64,000 bases of DNA, from assembly GCA_964016885.1 (NCBI GenBank), contig OZ024745.1:90024001-90088000 (forward strand). Reading direction: 5' to 3'. This document shows positions 12,225-25,790 of the stretch, in pieces. The notes under the pieces were generated by a model. It made no database searches. It was not told the DNA's origin and saw nothing but the letters and a program-made list of their open reading frames with translations. The first letter of the stretch is position 1. Each line of letters opens with the position of its first letter. This stretch comes from Eledone cirrhosa (Eukaryota). A program made the translations under genes and the position numbers.

Positions 12225-15200
12225 TCTATATATATAAAGCTGAGAATGTGTGTGTTAAGGTTTGTAACGTATGCACGTCCACAATTCCCAACGGATTCTA
12301 TTCAACGTCGGGACAATTAATGCTTTTTGACAGGAGAAGGGCATGAAGTAAGAAGATTTCAAATCAATCAACAATAAGGGCAAAAATCGATCATGATTTG
12401 AGGTTTAACACACCTCCCTATAGTTTCCTAGCTTTACTCTCGCTGTCGCTCTTCCCTCTCTCTATAATAGAGCATTTCTCTTCTCTATAATTTAACTGCT
12501 TTACTTTCTCTGTCGCTCTTCACTCTCTATATGACAACACTGTTTTACACACCTCCCTATAGTTTCTTAGTTTTACACTCTCCGTTGCTCTTCCCTCTCT
12601 CTATAATAGATCATTCCCCCTCTCTATAATTTAACTGCTGCGGGAGTCATTGGCGTTCCGTATTGACATAAAGCACACCTCCCTATAGTTTCTTAGCTTT
12701 ATTCTCTCCGTCGCTCTTCCCCCTCTTTATAATTTAACTGTTTTACTCTCTCAGTCGCTCTTCACTCTCTTAAATATTAATATGACAACACCCATAGTGT
12801 TTCAGTTCTGGCAATTCTGCCGAACACACTGATTAGATGAGTGTGTGTTAATGTTTTTTCTTTTCATATAAAGTCTAATATTTCCAGTGTTTTATTTCCA
12901 ACGGATTCTATTCAAAGTCGGGACAATTATTGCTTTTGGTCAGCAGAAGGTCATGAAGCAAAAAACACTCGATCATGGTATTTAAAATTAGAATTCGAAA
13001 AGCTTATTCGGTTTGAAGCCACGTTTACCTGTGTGTTCTTTCTTTAACGTTGTTAAAAATATACCTGTCAATACTTTCTGTCAAGCATAAAATTTCACTT
13101 TTAAGCTTGCAATTACGTTTGTTCAGTGATTTTTTTCCCCCTAAATATTCTGCTTTTCCATCCAAATACTACCAGTTGGTAGATAATTAGTCATACCTAC
13201 CCCCAATTTTGTTTGAATATTGCATCTTCATTTACTTTTTTTTCCTAGCCATTTCATCTTCCATTCAATTGTGTTTACCATTTAGTTTCGAATTTCATAA
13301 GGTTTGTGTTTAACATTTTCAGATATAATGCCCCCCAAAAAGAGATGCTCACTTGGTCGTAAAACGGTGTCTGCAGCTAAACAGAAAAGAAGATGGTTGA
13401 ATGAGTCGCAGGAGGAAACTGAATTGCGATTGTTACAAAGTGATTTACGTTCCACAAATAGAAGAACTGCTGAAACCGACGACCAGCGTAGTGAGCGTCT
13501 AGCCAGCAATACATCTTACTATACTTCGTCGCGTGCTAAGCTTAGTGATTTAGACCGTTCGATCCGTAATTCCCGGAATGCTGTGGCTACTGCCGCTGCT
13601 AGAGCTACCGAAAATGAACAGCAAACATTACTTCGTAATTCCCGTAATGCTGTGGCTACTGCCGCTGCTAGAGCCGAAGAATCACACAACGATCGCACTA
13701 TTAGACTAGAAAAGAACAATCGGCGTAAAGAAACTGCCCGGGGCATAAAAAGTCAAAAGTATTCATATTGGCTTTTAAAACCTTTTAATTATAATCCAAC
13801 ACTTAACTTCTCAATGCGGCCTGACATCAAGATTGTGAATATGAGTTTAACTTGCAAGTTCTGTAGTGCAAATAAGTGGGCTGGAGAAACACCTGGAATG
13901 TGCTGATCCAATGACAAGGTTAATTTGCTCCCCCTAGAGGACCCACCGCAGACTTTGAAAGAACTTCTTACTGGCACAACTCCTAGGTCAAAAGATTTTC
14001 TTGAACTCATCAGAAAGTACAATTGTGCCTTTCAGATGACCTCTTTCAGGGCACGCGTTGTCCGAGAAGAAGGGTGGAGTTCAGGGACAGATATACCATC
14101 TAATTGGATCACTCCAGCCTCAAGAAACGGAAATCTCCGCGTTTCTCCAAATCTACTTTATAACTGACTACAATAGACAGGCTGACATGTGTATTTCTAT
14201 TATTCCTAAGTCTAACGGCGAGAAAAGTAAATCTGTTGACTAAGACATACTACTCGGTTATCAACGCATGCTTCATGAAAACAACAGCTACGTCCAGCCA
14301 GTTGTCTTGGAAGGGTTTTACACTGTGTCCCCAAGTCAGCATGAGTTCTTTCATCTCCGCCTTCTTCTGCATGAAGTTGTAGGCCCACAAAGTTTTCAGG
14401 ACTTCAAAACTGTTGATGGAGAAATATGTGATACGTGCCGGGAAGCCTGCTTTAAGCGTGGTCTTTTGGAAGATGATTCGCAATGGGATTCCACTTTAGT
14501 AGAGGGTGCTTTGTTGAAATCACCTAAAAGTCTACGGGAACTCTTTACCATTCTGCTTCAAAAGTGTTAATTGGGTGATCCCAAATCTTTATGGGTCAAG
14601 TACAGAGACTTCATGTCTGAGGACTTCCTGTGCCTGGCTCATCTGCAGTATCCTTCAGTGGAAGTTGGTTACAGCGACATTATCTACAACATGGCACTCA
14701 TTGATATCGAGGACGCCCTCCTCGACATGGGTGGGAGTGAGTTGGTGACGTATGGCTTGCCGTCAACCATCAGAGAGGAAGCTAACAGGTTCGCCCCAGA
14801 TCTGTTGCGGGAAACAGCATATGAAATCGAATCTCTTTCCCAATACTTAGAGCAAAATGAGTCCAAACTTCTGTCGGAACAAAGGTTGGTCTATTTAACT
14901 ATCATTGACGCGGTTCAAAATCAGACTGGGGGTATTTACTTTCTCGATGCTCCTGGGGTTACCGGAAAAACTTTTGTAACGAAATTGATTCTCGCTAAGA
15001 TTCGTCAGGAGAAAAAAGTTGCGTTGGCTGTTGCATCGTCCGCGATCGCTGCTACTTTGCTGCCGGGAGGCAGGACAGCACATTCAACCTTTAAACTCCC
15101 CTTGGATTTAGTAAAAACTGAGACACCAACATGCAATATCAGCAAGAGCTCACACGAAGCTCTGGTTCTCAAAAAATGTTGCCTCATTTTTGGGGATGAG

Positions 15201-16527
15201 TGCACAATGACACACAAGGCTGCCCTTTAGGCATTGGACAGGACCTTGATAGACATTAGGGATTCTACGGCTCCTATGGGTGGTGTAACCCTTCTGCTAT
15301 CAGGGGATATTCGGCACACGCTGCCTGTCATCCCCAAAGGGACAAGAGCTGATGAAGTGCGTGCCTGCCTTAAGTCGTCCACGTTGTGGCCCCAGGTGAA
15401 GCGTTTGTACCTGCGTGCTCATTTGCATGGTGACAACATGTCTGCAGCATTTGCTCATAACATTTTAGCACTTAGTGAGGGCAAGGTCCCTGCGGATGAC
15501 AAGGGCGGCATAGCAATCGACTCCCTGTGCAACATTGTGAGCAGCCTTTCTGACCTTTGGGAAGCAGTTTTTCCTAATATCTCATCTAACTTTAAAAACC
15601 TCGATTGGCTCAGTGAAAGAGCCATCCTTGCTCCGAAAAAGGCCATGGTTAATTTTATTAACGAACAACTGATTGAGAAGATTCCCGGTAAAGAGCATAT
15701 CTTCAAATCTATCGAACGGACGTCAGGCCCCGACGATATCGTTAATTATCCGGTTGAGTTATTAAATTCCCTTGAGCCCCCAGGGCTCCCACCTCACATT
15801 CATAAGCTTAGGGTCGGCTGTGCCATTATGCTAATAAGGAACTTGCGTCCACCAAAGGAGTGCAACGGTACTCGCATAGTCGTCAAGTCACTGACGCCTC
15901 ACTTGATTGAGGCCACCATTGTAACGGGGTGTGGGAGAGGGCAGAATGTTTTCATTCCAAGGATGAAACTTTTCCCCTCGGCGTCAGATATCCCGTTCGA
16001 TTTCCGGCGATCCCAATTCCCGGTGAGACCATGATTTGCCATGTCTATTAACAAGTCACAAGGGCAAACATTGTCGGTGGGTGGCGGGCATCCATTTGGG
16101 GGAGCCATGCTTCTCCCATGGCCAACTTTATGTTACCTTGTCCCGCGTAGGAAGCAGGAATGGACTTTTTGCTTACACTCCTCAAGGGATGACACGCAAT
16201 ATCGTCTACAAAGAGGTGCTATAGATGTTGGTGCAGGTGTTGGAGGTGTTGGAGCTATGCCGTCTGGAAAACTATTTCCTGGTAGAGTCACCCATGGCGG
16301 ACAAATCTGACACCCAGCGGCATCGGGGCCACCATCTTGCAAATTTGGTCTGCTAAATTCGGTATTGGAAAATTATTAACCCATCATTGATTGTCCAAAT
16401 TGGTTCGTAACTTTTAATAACCGGTTCAACTGCTTTATGCACTTATTCGCTTTCAAGCCACGTCTACCTGTATGTAGCTTTTCATAGCAAATGAACAAAC
16501 CCGAGCAACGCCGGGCTAAACTGCTAG
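12225..16527 (+). mobile_element. Helitron (internally deleted, non-autonomous)
   Basis: A|TCTATATATATAAAGC 5' end; subterminal hairpin CCCGAGCAACGCCGGG; CTAG|T 3' end. Inserted between A and T with no TSD. Confidence 0.92.
13328..16224 (+). pseudogene. Helitron RepHel remnant: N-terminal zinc-finger region plus Pif1-type SF1 helicase, with the HUH Rep domain missing
   Basis: C.FC.A.KW.GETPGMC, YNCAFQMTS, LRLLLHEVVGPQSF, Walker A DAPGVTGKT, DE box, SINKSQGQTL and HGQLYV.LSRV. Stops and frameshifts are present. Confidence 0.9.
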
Positions 16528-16799
16528 TTAACTATATATATATATTTATATATATATATATATATATATATTTGTTTGTTGTTTTCTCTTTTCCCATTTT
16601 CCCTTCTATTTTCCTTCTCTCCCTCCTCCGTTTTCCCAATAACTTATCCGGTTATTGAACGCCCTGGGGATAGATATATTGTCTTTAAAGCGTTGAAATA
16701 TCCGAGACCCCCAGGAGACAACTGACGAGGAAAACTCACCCAACAAACCCCCACCAACCCCGCCGTTCTTGTTTTCTTCTTACTCTCATTCCATTTTAA

Positions 16800-16912
<113 letters not shown>

Positions 16913-17004
16913 CATATTCATATATATATATATATAGTATATAGAACGAATATATATATATATAGTATATAGAACGAAATATAGTGTATGTATATAGTAT
17001 ATAG

Positions 17005-17246
17005 AACGAAAAATCAGTGATGCATCTGAACTCAAATTATTGTGTGTTACAATTGTTTCACCGGCAGACTGCTCAAGACACGATCATTGTGTGGATCTGT
17101 CTGATTCTGGATCAGCAGGTTGTCCGACGAACCTGCAGATCCAGAATCAGACAGATCCACACAATGATCGTGTCTTGAGCAGTCTGCCGGCGAAACAATT
17201 GTAACACACAATAATTTGAGTTCAGATGCATCACTGATTTTTCGTT
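17005..17246. repeat. Near-perfect ~116-bp inverted repeat (hairpin) between TA/CA tracts
   Basis: 17005-17120 is the reverse complement of 17131-17246 with about 2 mismatches. It contains GAAACAATTGTA, the 3' half of an HHR. Confidence 0.9.
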
Positions 17247-17330
17247 TTATATTATATCACACTCTGCTCTGTAAGAACATAGAGTGCTCAACCGACATAC
17301 CGCCTATGGAAGCATCTTAGCTACCATCAG

Positions 17331-17497
<167 letters not shown>

Positions 17498-17525
17498 ATC
17501 AAAAGATGGTTAAAGGAGTTCCATG

Positions 17526-17596
17526 TATTTTATTATGCGCATTTCAAAAACAAACATCATCATGCAATAATATTTGTGTTTTCATCAGATAAAAAA
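17526..17596 (-). ncRNA. HHR in the inverted pLTR
   Basis: Reverse complement of the 18611-18681 motif. Confidence 0.85.
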
Positions 17597-18610
17597 GGAG
17601 AACATGATATGAAAGCTAAAAAACACTTGTGGATAGTGCAGTTTTAAATCAACATATGAAAAGTGGTTTTAGATTGATGTGTGATATTGGGAAAAATATT
17701 TTATTTAGAGAGGGGAGGGTGGAAAGGATGAAAAATAATACATATTAACTCTTTCTTCGCACATATTATCAATTCCTTCAATATACAAACCTTAACTTCA
17801 CATTATTTTTCTCAAATCATCTAATACACAAACCTTAATAATTTTTTAATACATATTAACTCTTTCTTCGCACATATTATCAATTCCTTCAATATACAAA
17901 CTTTAACTTCACATTATTTTTCTCAAATCCTTCTACACACAAACCTTAATAATTTTTTCTCTTCGTTAATTTTGAAATTGCCACAATACTTATAAACATA
18001 CACCTTTTTGACGTTAGAATATTCATCCGCAATTATTATTTTTCTCTCTATCTTCATACATATCAACTCCCTCTCTTTCCTCGTACATATTTTTCCCTTC
18101 GTTAATTTTCAAATTCTTTTAATTTATACATTATGTTCCAACGGTTCTCAACCTCTCTATGTAAAACAATATATCTTTTCTCAGTTATAAAAACTATCTC
18201 TTTCTCTCTATCACCCATCTCTCCCTCTCCACCTTCACTCTCATCTCCTCCCCTTTTTTCATCCTCCCCCCCCCTCCCTAAATAAAATATTTTTTCCTCG
18301 TACATATTTTCCCTTCGTTAATTTTCAAATTCTTTTAATTTATACATTATCTTCCAACGGTTTTCAACCTCTCTATGTAAAACAATATATCTTCTCTCAG
18401 TTATAAAAACTATCTCTTTCTCTCTATCACCCATCTCTCCCTCTCCACCTTCACTCTCATCTCCTCCCCTTTTTCATCCTTTCAACCCCCCCCCCTCTCT
18501 AAATAAAATATTTTTCCCAATATCACACATCAATCTAAAACCACTTTTCATATGTTGATTTAAAACTGCACTATCCACAAGTGTTTTTTAGACTTCATAT
18601 CATGTTCTCT

Positions 18611-18681
18611 TGTTTTATCTGATGAAAACACAAATATTATTGCATGATGATGTTTGTTTTTGAAATGCGCATAATAAAATA
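18611..18681 (+). ncRNA. HHR in the 5' pLTR
   Basis: TTTTAT-CTGATGA-stem II-GAAA-TGCGCA-TA-ATAAAA; stem III is the palindrome ATGCGCAT. Confidence 0.9.
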
Positions 18682-18887
18682 CATGGAACTCCTTTAACCA
18701 TCTTTTGATCTTATATATTATGTATACTCCAGTCCTACAAACTGTAGAGTGCTTCTTATCCGATATCTGCATTGCTTTATTGTACTACAATAAAACTCAC
18801 CTCCTACATTAACTTGCTCCTTAACGGTTGAGCGCTTACTCTCATATTGGATACCTTTTGATGGTCTTTTACCTCTTCTTCTACAAC

Positions 18888-21284
18888 ATGGATTATTACA
18901 ACATAACCAATTCAACTAAAGACATTCCTATACCTGGTAAATCTGAATTCACCAAACTTCTTATTGAAAAAACTGACTCTTTCGTAAGAAGACTTAGATG
19001 GACAGCCTATTTCTATGTCCAGCGCCTAAAAGGGAACTTCCATACCAAAGAACATAACTTCCTCGATCATCTATTTAATTCTAGACGAATTCGTCCTTCC
19101 AACAAAAATCTAGTACAATTCGAGGAAGAATTAACTAAAATAATAAAAAATCTTAAATTCAAGAGATACCCTTACAAAGGACAAGAGCACTTTGTAAATC
19201 TCAAGAACACAATTTCTAACCTAAATTCCTCAAAAAATGTTTTAGTCCACTCTGACAAAACCAATAACTTATATGGTATTTCCAAGGATAATTATAACAA
19301 CCTTATCCTAAAGGAACTTAGGAAAAAGTATCGTAAAACCAACCATGAAAATTTAGAATACATAAACCTTGAAGCCTCTGAGATTATGTCAAAACTTGGC
19401 ATTGAAAAAAAGACCGAACCATTCCTCCCAAGAACTCCGAGGATAAATCTCAAGGATCACAAAAACAATTTTCGCACTGAACTACCTGTTAGATTAATCG
19501 CCCCCTCTAAATCTGATCTGGGGGTTGTTTGTAAAGCCATCTTGGATAGAATTATCCCACAGGTTAGTTCTAATTGCTCTTCTTTGAACCTAAATTTATG
19601 GTTTGGTTCTTCTGAAGTGATTGGCTGGTTCAACAAATTGGATAATAAAAACAAACTAAAATTTATTCAATTTGATATTGCCAGCTACTATTCCTCCATT
19701 TCGCCTTCATTTCTCAATAATGCTCTATCTTTCGCACTTAAATATTCTGACATCACCACAGATGAACTTCACATCATCCTCACCGCACGTAAAACCATCC
19801 TAGAGTTCAACAACGAATATTGGACCAGAGCCGATACCTCTAACAACTTCGACATCACAATGGGAGCATCCGATTCATCCCAATTGACTGATTTAATTGG
19901 TATCTTTATTTTGAACTCTTTGAGTCGGAAAATTCCTCAACTTCGCGGTGGAATTTATCGTGACGATGGACTATTTAATATCTTAATTTGCAATATAGTT
20001 AACCTTAATATTATTAAGAACAATATACGTAATCTCTTTAACCAACATAACCTAAAAATTGAATTTGATAATAGTATCAAACTAGCTAATTTCTTGGATG
20101 TATCTCTTAATCTTGACACTGGCCTATATTACCCTTACCATAAAAACAATGAGAACCTAAATTATGTTAACTTTAAATCTAACCATCCTACCAATATCAA
20201 GAATGCTATAGTTAGTAATATTGGAAAAAGAATATCTAACATATCTAAAAACATCTTTGATGCTAACGCCAATTACTATAATAACGCACTTTCTAAAGCC
20301 GGTTATCCAGATAAAATCAAATATAGTAAAGAAACAAATTCTAGAAAAACTTACAGTAGAATAATTAATCATGATCATTCCAATAACTTTAATAAAAGAC
20401 CTAGATACAAAAACATAATCTGGTATAATGCTCCTTTCTCCATCTCTATTAATAACAATATTCCTAAATTATTTTTTAGTGCCTTAAATAAATGCTTCCC
20501 TCCCTCACATATCTATAGTAAAATATTTAACAAACACACCATCAAATTTTCTTATTCTACATCCTCCAATATTTCCAACATCATCTCTAAACACAACAAT
20601 AAAATACTAAATACTAAATCTCTTCCTTCCAACATTGAATTTCATAATAACAGTAATAGTACTCCCGACGTCATTGTAAACCCTAGGCTAACTTCTGTAA
20701 ACCCAAATACAACGTCAAACACAACTTCGCTAAATGTTCATAATCCAACTCTAAATCAAGAAACTATTATTCCTATTATTCCTATCGCAAACAACTTCTC
20801 CAATCCAATTCCTTCTATAGATAACACTAGGTCACTCATTAATAATCTCTCTAATTGCAACTGCCGCATTAAAAATAAATGTCCTCTCAACAACCATTGT
20901 CTTGATAAAAACTTAATTTATGAATGTAAAGTTATAACTAGCACCAATTCCTTCACCTATTTTGGCTCCACTTCCACCTCTTTTAAAGCTCGTCTCTATA
21001 ATCATCATTCATCTTTTAAATACAAACTTAAAAGAACCAACACGGCTCTCTCAGAACTCATATGGTCCTTGAAAGACAAAAACATTAAATATACCATCTT
21101 TTGGAAGAAGGTTTCTTCTGCGTCCTCATACTTGAACAGCTCTCTATCTAAAATCTGTAATCTCTGCGTAAATAAAAAATTTACCATTATCTCTAATCTA
21201 GATTCTATAATAAATAGACGTACAGATTTGTTTTCTATCTGCCTGCATGAATTCCATAGGACTTTTCACAAAGTATACAGCTAA
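18888..21284 (+). CDS. PLE polyprotein: reverse transcriptase + zinc-finger linker + GIY-YIG endonuclease (Naiad-like)
   Basis: Uninterrupted ORF (first ATGs at 18861 and 18888). Motifs: DKTNNLY (DKT variant of DKG), FDIASYY, MGAS, YRDDG, NFLDV, IIWYNAPF, CNCR..KCPL..HC, LIY..YFGST..KAR..NH. Confidence 0.9.
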   Translation: MDYYNITNSTKDIPIPGKSEFTKLLIEKTDSFVRRLRWTAYFYVQRLKGNFHTKEHNFLDHLFNSRRIRPSNKNLVQFEEELTKIIKNLKFKRYPYKGQEHFVNLKNTISNLNSSKNVLVHSDKTNNLYGISKDNYNNLILKELRKKYRKTNHENLEYINLEASEIMSKLGIEKKTEPFLPRTPRINLKDHKNNFRTELPVRLIAPSKSDLGVVCKAILDRIIPQVSSNCSSLNLNLWFGSSEVIGWFNKLDNKNKLKFIQFDIASYYSSISPSFLNNALSFALKYSDITTDELHIILTARKTILEFNNEYWTRADTSNNFDITMGASDSSQLTDLIGIFILNSLSRKIPQLRGGIYRDDGLFNILICNIVNLNIIKNNIRNLFNQHNLKIEFDNSIKLANFLDVSLNLDTGLYYPYHKNNENLNYVNFKSNHPTNIKNAIVSNIGKRISNISKNIFDANANYYNNALSKAGYPDKIKYSKETNSRKTYSRIINHDHSNNFNKRPRYKNIIWYNAPFSISINNNIPKLFFSALNKCFPPSHIYSKIFNKHTIKFSYSTSSNISNIISKHNNKILNTKSLPSNIEFHNNSNSTPDVIVNPRLTSVNPNTTSNTTSLNVHNPTLNQETIIPIIPIANNFSNPIPSIDNTRSLINNLSNCNCRIKNKCPLNNHCLDKNLIYECKVITSTNSFTYFGSTSTSFKARLYNHHSSFKYKLKRTNTALSELIWSLKDKNIKYTIFWKKVSSASSYLNSSLSKICNLCVNKKFTIISNLDSIINRRTDLFSICLHEFHRTFHKVYS

Positions 21285-22465
21285 TATTCAATTCTTTATC
21301 AATTTAGAATCTTTTCTCAAAGGCACATATACATACACCTCTTTAAAATATACCCATCTTCCTACCTTACTTCAAAGGGCATTATACACTCTATAATACT
21401 TGTTTACTCATTACCCTCATTCTATCTTCACCTTGTAAAATCCTTCATAACATATACATTTGTTTTTTTTGACGTTAGAATATTCATCCGCAATTATTAT
21501 TATTTTTTCTCTCTATCATAAAACTTTTTAATCTCAATTTCATCCTTAATTTATTATTTTTTTCTCCCCATCAACGAACTCATTCTTAATACATATTAAC
21601 TCTTTCTTCGCACATATTATCAATTCCTTCAATATACAAACCTTAACTTCACATTATTTTTCTCAAATCATCTAATACACAAACCTTAATAATTTTTTAA
21701 TACATATTAACTCTTTCTTCGCACATATTATCAATTCCTTCAATATACAAACTTTAACTTCACATTCATTTTCTCAATTCCTTCTACACACAAACCTTAA
21801 TAATTTTTTCTCTTCGTTAATTTTGAAATTGCCACAATACTTATAAACATACACCTTTTTGACGTTAGAATATTCATCCGCAATTATTATTTTTTCTCTC
21901 TATCTTCATACATATCAACTCCCTCTCTTTCCTCGTACATATTTTTCCCTTCGTTAATTTTCAAATTCTTTTAATTTATACATTATCTTCCAACGGTTTT
22001 CAACCTCTCTATGTAAAACAATATATCTTCTCTCAGTTATAAAAACTATCTATTTCTCTCTATCACCCATCTCTCCCTCTCCACCTTCACTCTCATCTCC
22101 TCCCCTTTTTTCATCCTCCCCCCCCCCTCCCTAAATAAAATATTTTTTCCTCGTACATATTTTTCCCTTCGTTAATTTTCAAATTCTTTTAATTTATACA
22201 TTATCTTCCAACGGTTTTCAACCTCTCTATGTAAAACAATATATCTTCTCTCAGTTATAAAAACTACCTCTTTCTCTCTATCACCCATCTCTCCCTCTCC
22301 ACCTTCACTCTCATCTCCTCCCCTTTTTCATCCTTTCCACCACCTCCCCCTCTCTAAATAAAATATTTTTCCCAATATCACACATCAATCTAAAACCACT
22401 TTTCATATGTTGATTTAAAACTGCACTATCCACAAGTGTTTTTTAGCCTTCATATCATGTTCTCC

Positions 22466-22536
22466 TGTTTTATCTGATGAAAACACAAATATTATTGCAT
22501 GATGATGTTTGTTTTTGAAATGCGCATAATAAAATA
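22466..22536 (+). ncRNA. HHR in the 3' pLTR
   Basis: Same motif as 18611-18681. Confidence 0.9.
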
Positions 22537-22716
22537 CATGGAACTCCTTTAACCATCTTTTGATCTTATATATTATGTATACTCCAGTCCTACAAACTGT
22601 AGAGTGCTTCTTATCCGATATCTGCATTGCTTTATTGTACTACAATAAAACTCACCTCCTACATATATATATATATATATATATATGCATGTATGTATAC
22701 ATGTATGCATATATAT

Positions 22717-23325
22717 GTCAGGTCACCAGTTGGTGCTACTGGTAACATGTATCCCAGTACAACCTGTCCCATGGTCGGATCGTTGGCGACTAAACTGGCA
22801 ACCCCACCAAGGTTTCTTGGTGGGGAGGCTGACTTTGGACATCCTGCAGGACTAAAAACAAAACCTGTCAAAGGGCAAAGGAGCTCTTAAGAGTCAATGG
22901 CCATCCAAAATCACCGGGAGAGATGACCCCTTAGCCTTTGTCAAGGCAGAATTCTAGGAGAAGGAAAACTCTGATATAACACCTGCAACCCTGATGGTTT
23001 CCAATGATGTTGACTTGTTCTTCTTTTTGGTAAATATCATCTTGGTTAAGAGAGTGGGACTGGCTTTGTGCAGTGCCCTTGCTCACTATAAAAGCTTCAC
23101 GGCACAGGCATTGCTTTATATCTGGAGATCTCTCTGCACTTGTCGTCACATGGTACCATGGGCCCAGCACTATGTGTCAATAATTGTCACAAGTGTAGTG
23201 TTTGTACCAGAGTTTTCAAGTTGCTGGCTGGACTAAAAAGTCACACTCGTTCAGCGCATCGGTAGGGGTTCTCCTACATGGATATGAAGTAGTGGCCGTA
23301 CTCGAAAACGAGTTGGCAGCCACCA
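22717..23325 (+). mobile_element. Probable RTE-clade LINE 5' UTR remnant
   Basis: GC-richer block containing CTAGGAGAAGGAAAACTCTGA, which I recall from RTE-type 5' UTRs. No ORF. Confidence 0.45.
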
Positions 23326-23575
23326 TGCATATATATGTATGAGTGTTTGGTTAAGTATGGCTGTGTGTGTGTGTGTGTTACAATAAATCAATTTGTCAGT
23401 CTGCTTTCATGTTCGTTCAATACAACTGTCATCTCACATCAGTCAATCCAGTAACCATGTCTCCCAAAATGGACCCCTGCATGCCTCTGGCTAAAAGATA
23501 TTAATAAACTACTCTCTTTTTACTGTCTGTCTCTTTCCCTCAATTCTTCTGGCTCCATGTCTCTTTCACTTCTTT

Positions 23576-23625
<50 letters not shown>

Positions 23626-23752
23626 CCTCCCTCTCTCTCTCTCTCTCTCATTACTTCTATTTCGTATATTTAAGAATAAGTCAGCACATTTTCAACCAAC
23701 TTTCTTCAATTGAATATATTTATATATAAGCATATAAGCATATATATATAAA

Positions 23753-23835
<83 letters not shown>

Positions 23836-24213
23836 CTTTATAGCATAACTTTCTGCATTTACTGCGGTTATGAGAAGCGGTTCTTATTCGGGTACAACTT
23901 CTGATTTAGCCTAAGAAAATATCTATATGCGTGTGTAATTTTTACAAGCATATATTTATTTTTTTATTTTCAATTGAGTTCTTAAACACGTCGGATTGAT
24001 AATGTTTTCAAAAAAACTAATTAGCCCGCGTGTATATTATTTTTTTCCTCATTTCGTGGGTTGTCTCCCCTTCCCGCTTCGTGTCGCTATGATACTTCCT
24101 CAGTCAAAAACTGCTGGAATTTCAAATTTGGCGGTCATTCGAGGTGAGAGAGAGCTACTTTACGGACATGATTTTTGACAGCGGTAAGAAATTTGTTTTC
24201 TTATATCATGGGC

Positions 24214-24339
24214 TTCCACTGACGATTTATAAGTGCCCACCTAAATATATTCTTACATGAATATATATTAGGCTTCTACATAAACTGGAAACATTCTCCC
24301 AAACTTGTAGAAAACTTATAATGAAACAATTGTTTGGAA
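24214..24339 (+). ncRNA. Type I HHR with long stem II (relative of 8906-9031)
   Basis: TTCCA-CTGACGA-tTTATAAG...CTTATAAt-GAAA-CAATTG-TT-TGGAA. Confidence 0.85.
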
Positions 24340-24551
24340 AGAGAGATATATTTAAACTTTAATTATATCTCATAAAATAATACAACTGCTTTTTACACAT
24401 TATACATTTTGTTAGCACCCCAAACACTTAAATTGGGTTTATATTTTAATATAACCTAATGTTTGTTGAGTGAGATGGTTACCAGTCAGAGTTTAGCTTT
24501 AAACTATCTCTGTTATTGTATTAAATATATATATATATATATATATATATA

Positions 24552-25790
24552 GCTACGGGTATCTACCAACCTTACCATAAACCCAACCAAAACTTACACT
24601 ACATACACTCACAATCTAATCACCCTAAATCTATCCTTAAAAACCTTGCATATAATATATCACTTAGAATTTCTAACCTTTCTTCTAACCAAGATGTATT
24701 TGATAAAAATGCGACCTTCTATAACGAAGCTCTAGATAGAAGTGGCCACAAAAATAGATTAGAATATATACCTTCTACTAAAAATACTATAAACATACAA
24801 CCTAATATTACCAACAAACACCAAATGAAAAGTACACACCTAAATGCCACCCACACTATACCCCAAAATACCAACAACTCTTCTAATATAAAGTATAGTA
24901 ACTCTCAAAAAACTACTCATCATACAACTCTAATAAATGTTAATAATAAAACTCCTAATAAACAAGATAAAACACCTAAATCTATAAATCTAACTAAAAA
25001 TGTGCGTGGTGATATCATTAACATTAATCCTCCTAGTAAACATCATGATACAACCTATAAAAATAATAAACAACATAGAAACCGTAATAGACGAGTTACT
25101 TGGTATAATGCTCCATTTAATTTACAAATTAAGGATAATATTGCTAAAAAAATTTTTTATATCCTAGAGAAAAACTTCCCGCCAAACCACAAATACCATC
25201 AAATCTTAAATAGGTCTACAGTTAAATTCTCATACTCAACAACCAATAACATAAAACAAAATATAAGTGCCTATAATGCATATAAATGTAAGAATACCAT
25301 AAGTATACCACCAATACATCAAACTAACCATAATATCTCCTCAAGTACAGAATTAACGAAAGGTTGTAACTGTAGAAACAAAGCAAACTGCCCATTAAAA
25401 GGAAATTGTCTTGTTAACAACATAGTTTATAAATGTAATGTTAAAACTAAAGATTCTATTTGCTCATATATAGGAGCTACTTCTAACAATTTTAAGGTAA
25501 GGTTTAATACCCACAAACATAGTTTTAAAAATGCCGCACTGGCTAATACAACATCTCTAGCAGAAAAAATCAATAGTTATAAAAATAAGAATATAGAATA
25601 TGATATGACCTGGAGTGTGCTCAAAAGAGCCACCCCTTATCAAAATAATAGAAATGAATGTAGATTATGTTCCCAAGAACTATTTGAAATAATGAAATCT
25701 AAGGATATCCTATTAAATAAACGACAGGAATTAATTATATCGTGTAATCATAAACTAAGAAAAACATTTAAATATTATAAACCTAATTAA
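24552..25790 (+). pseudogene. 5'-truncated Naiad-type PLE ORF (RT thumb, linker, GIY-YIG) of a second family
   Basis: Starts directly after (TA)n with TGIYQPYHKPN..SNHP. Also VTWYNAPF, CNCRNKANCPLKGNC, IVYKC..YIGAT..KVR..H and CRLCSQE. An AT-rich 3' UTR continues to ~26870. Confidence 0.88.

Noticed and set aside
16690-16740. CTGACGA motif (also CTGATGA..GAAG at 34528 and in 2399-2460)
   Set aside because: I could not assemble complete stems and GAAA in the correct order.
18888-22662. Selenoprotein/SECIS-type Naiad
   Set aside because: The ORF has no in-frame TGA needing recoding, and I could not identify a SECIS.
23400-23500. Possible minus-strand exon after TTTTAG (ARGMQGSILGDMVTG)
   Set aside because: No similarity to the expected next HSPA12 exon, and it stops early.
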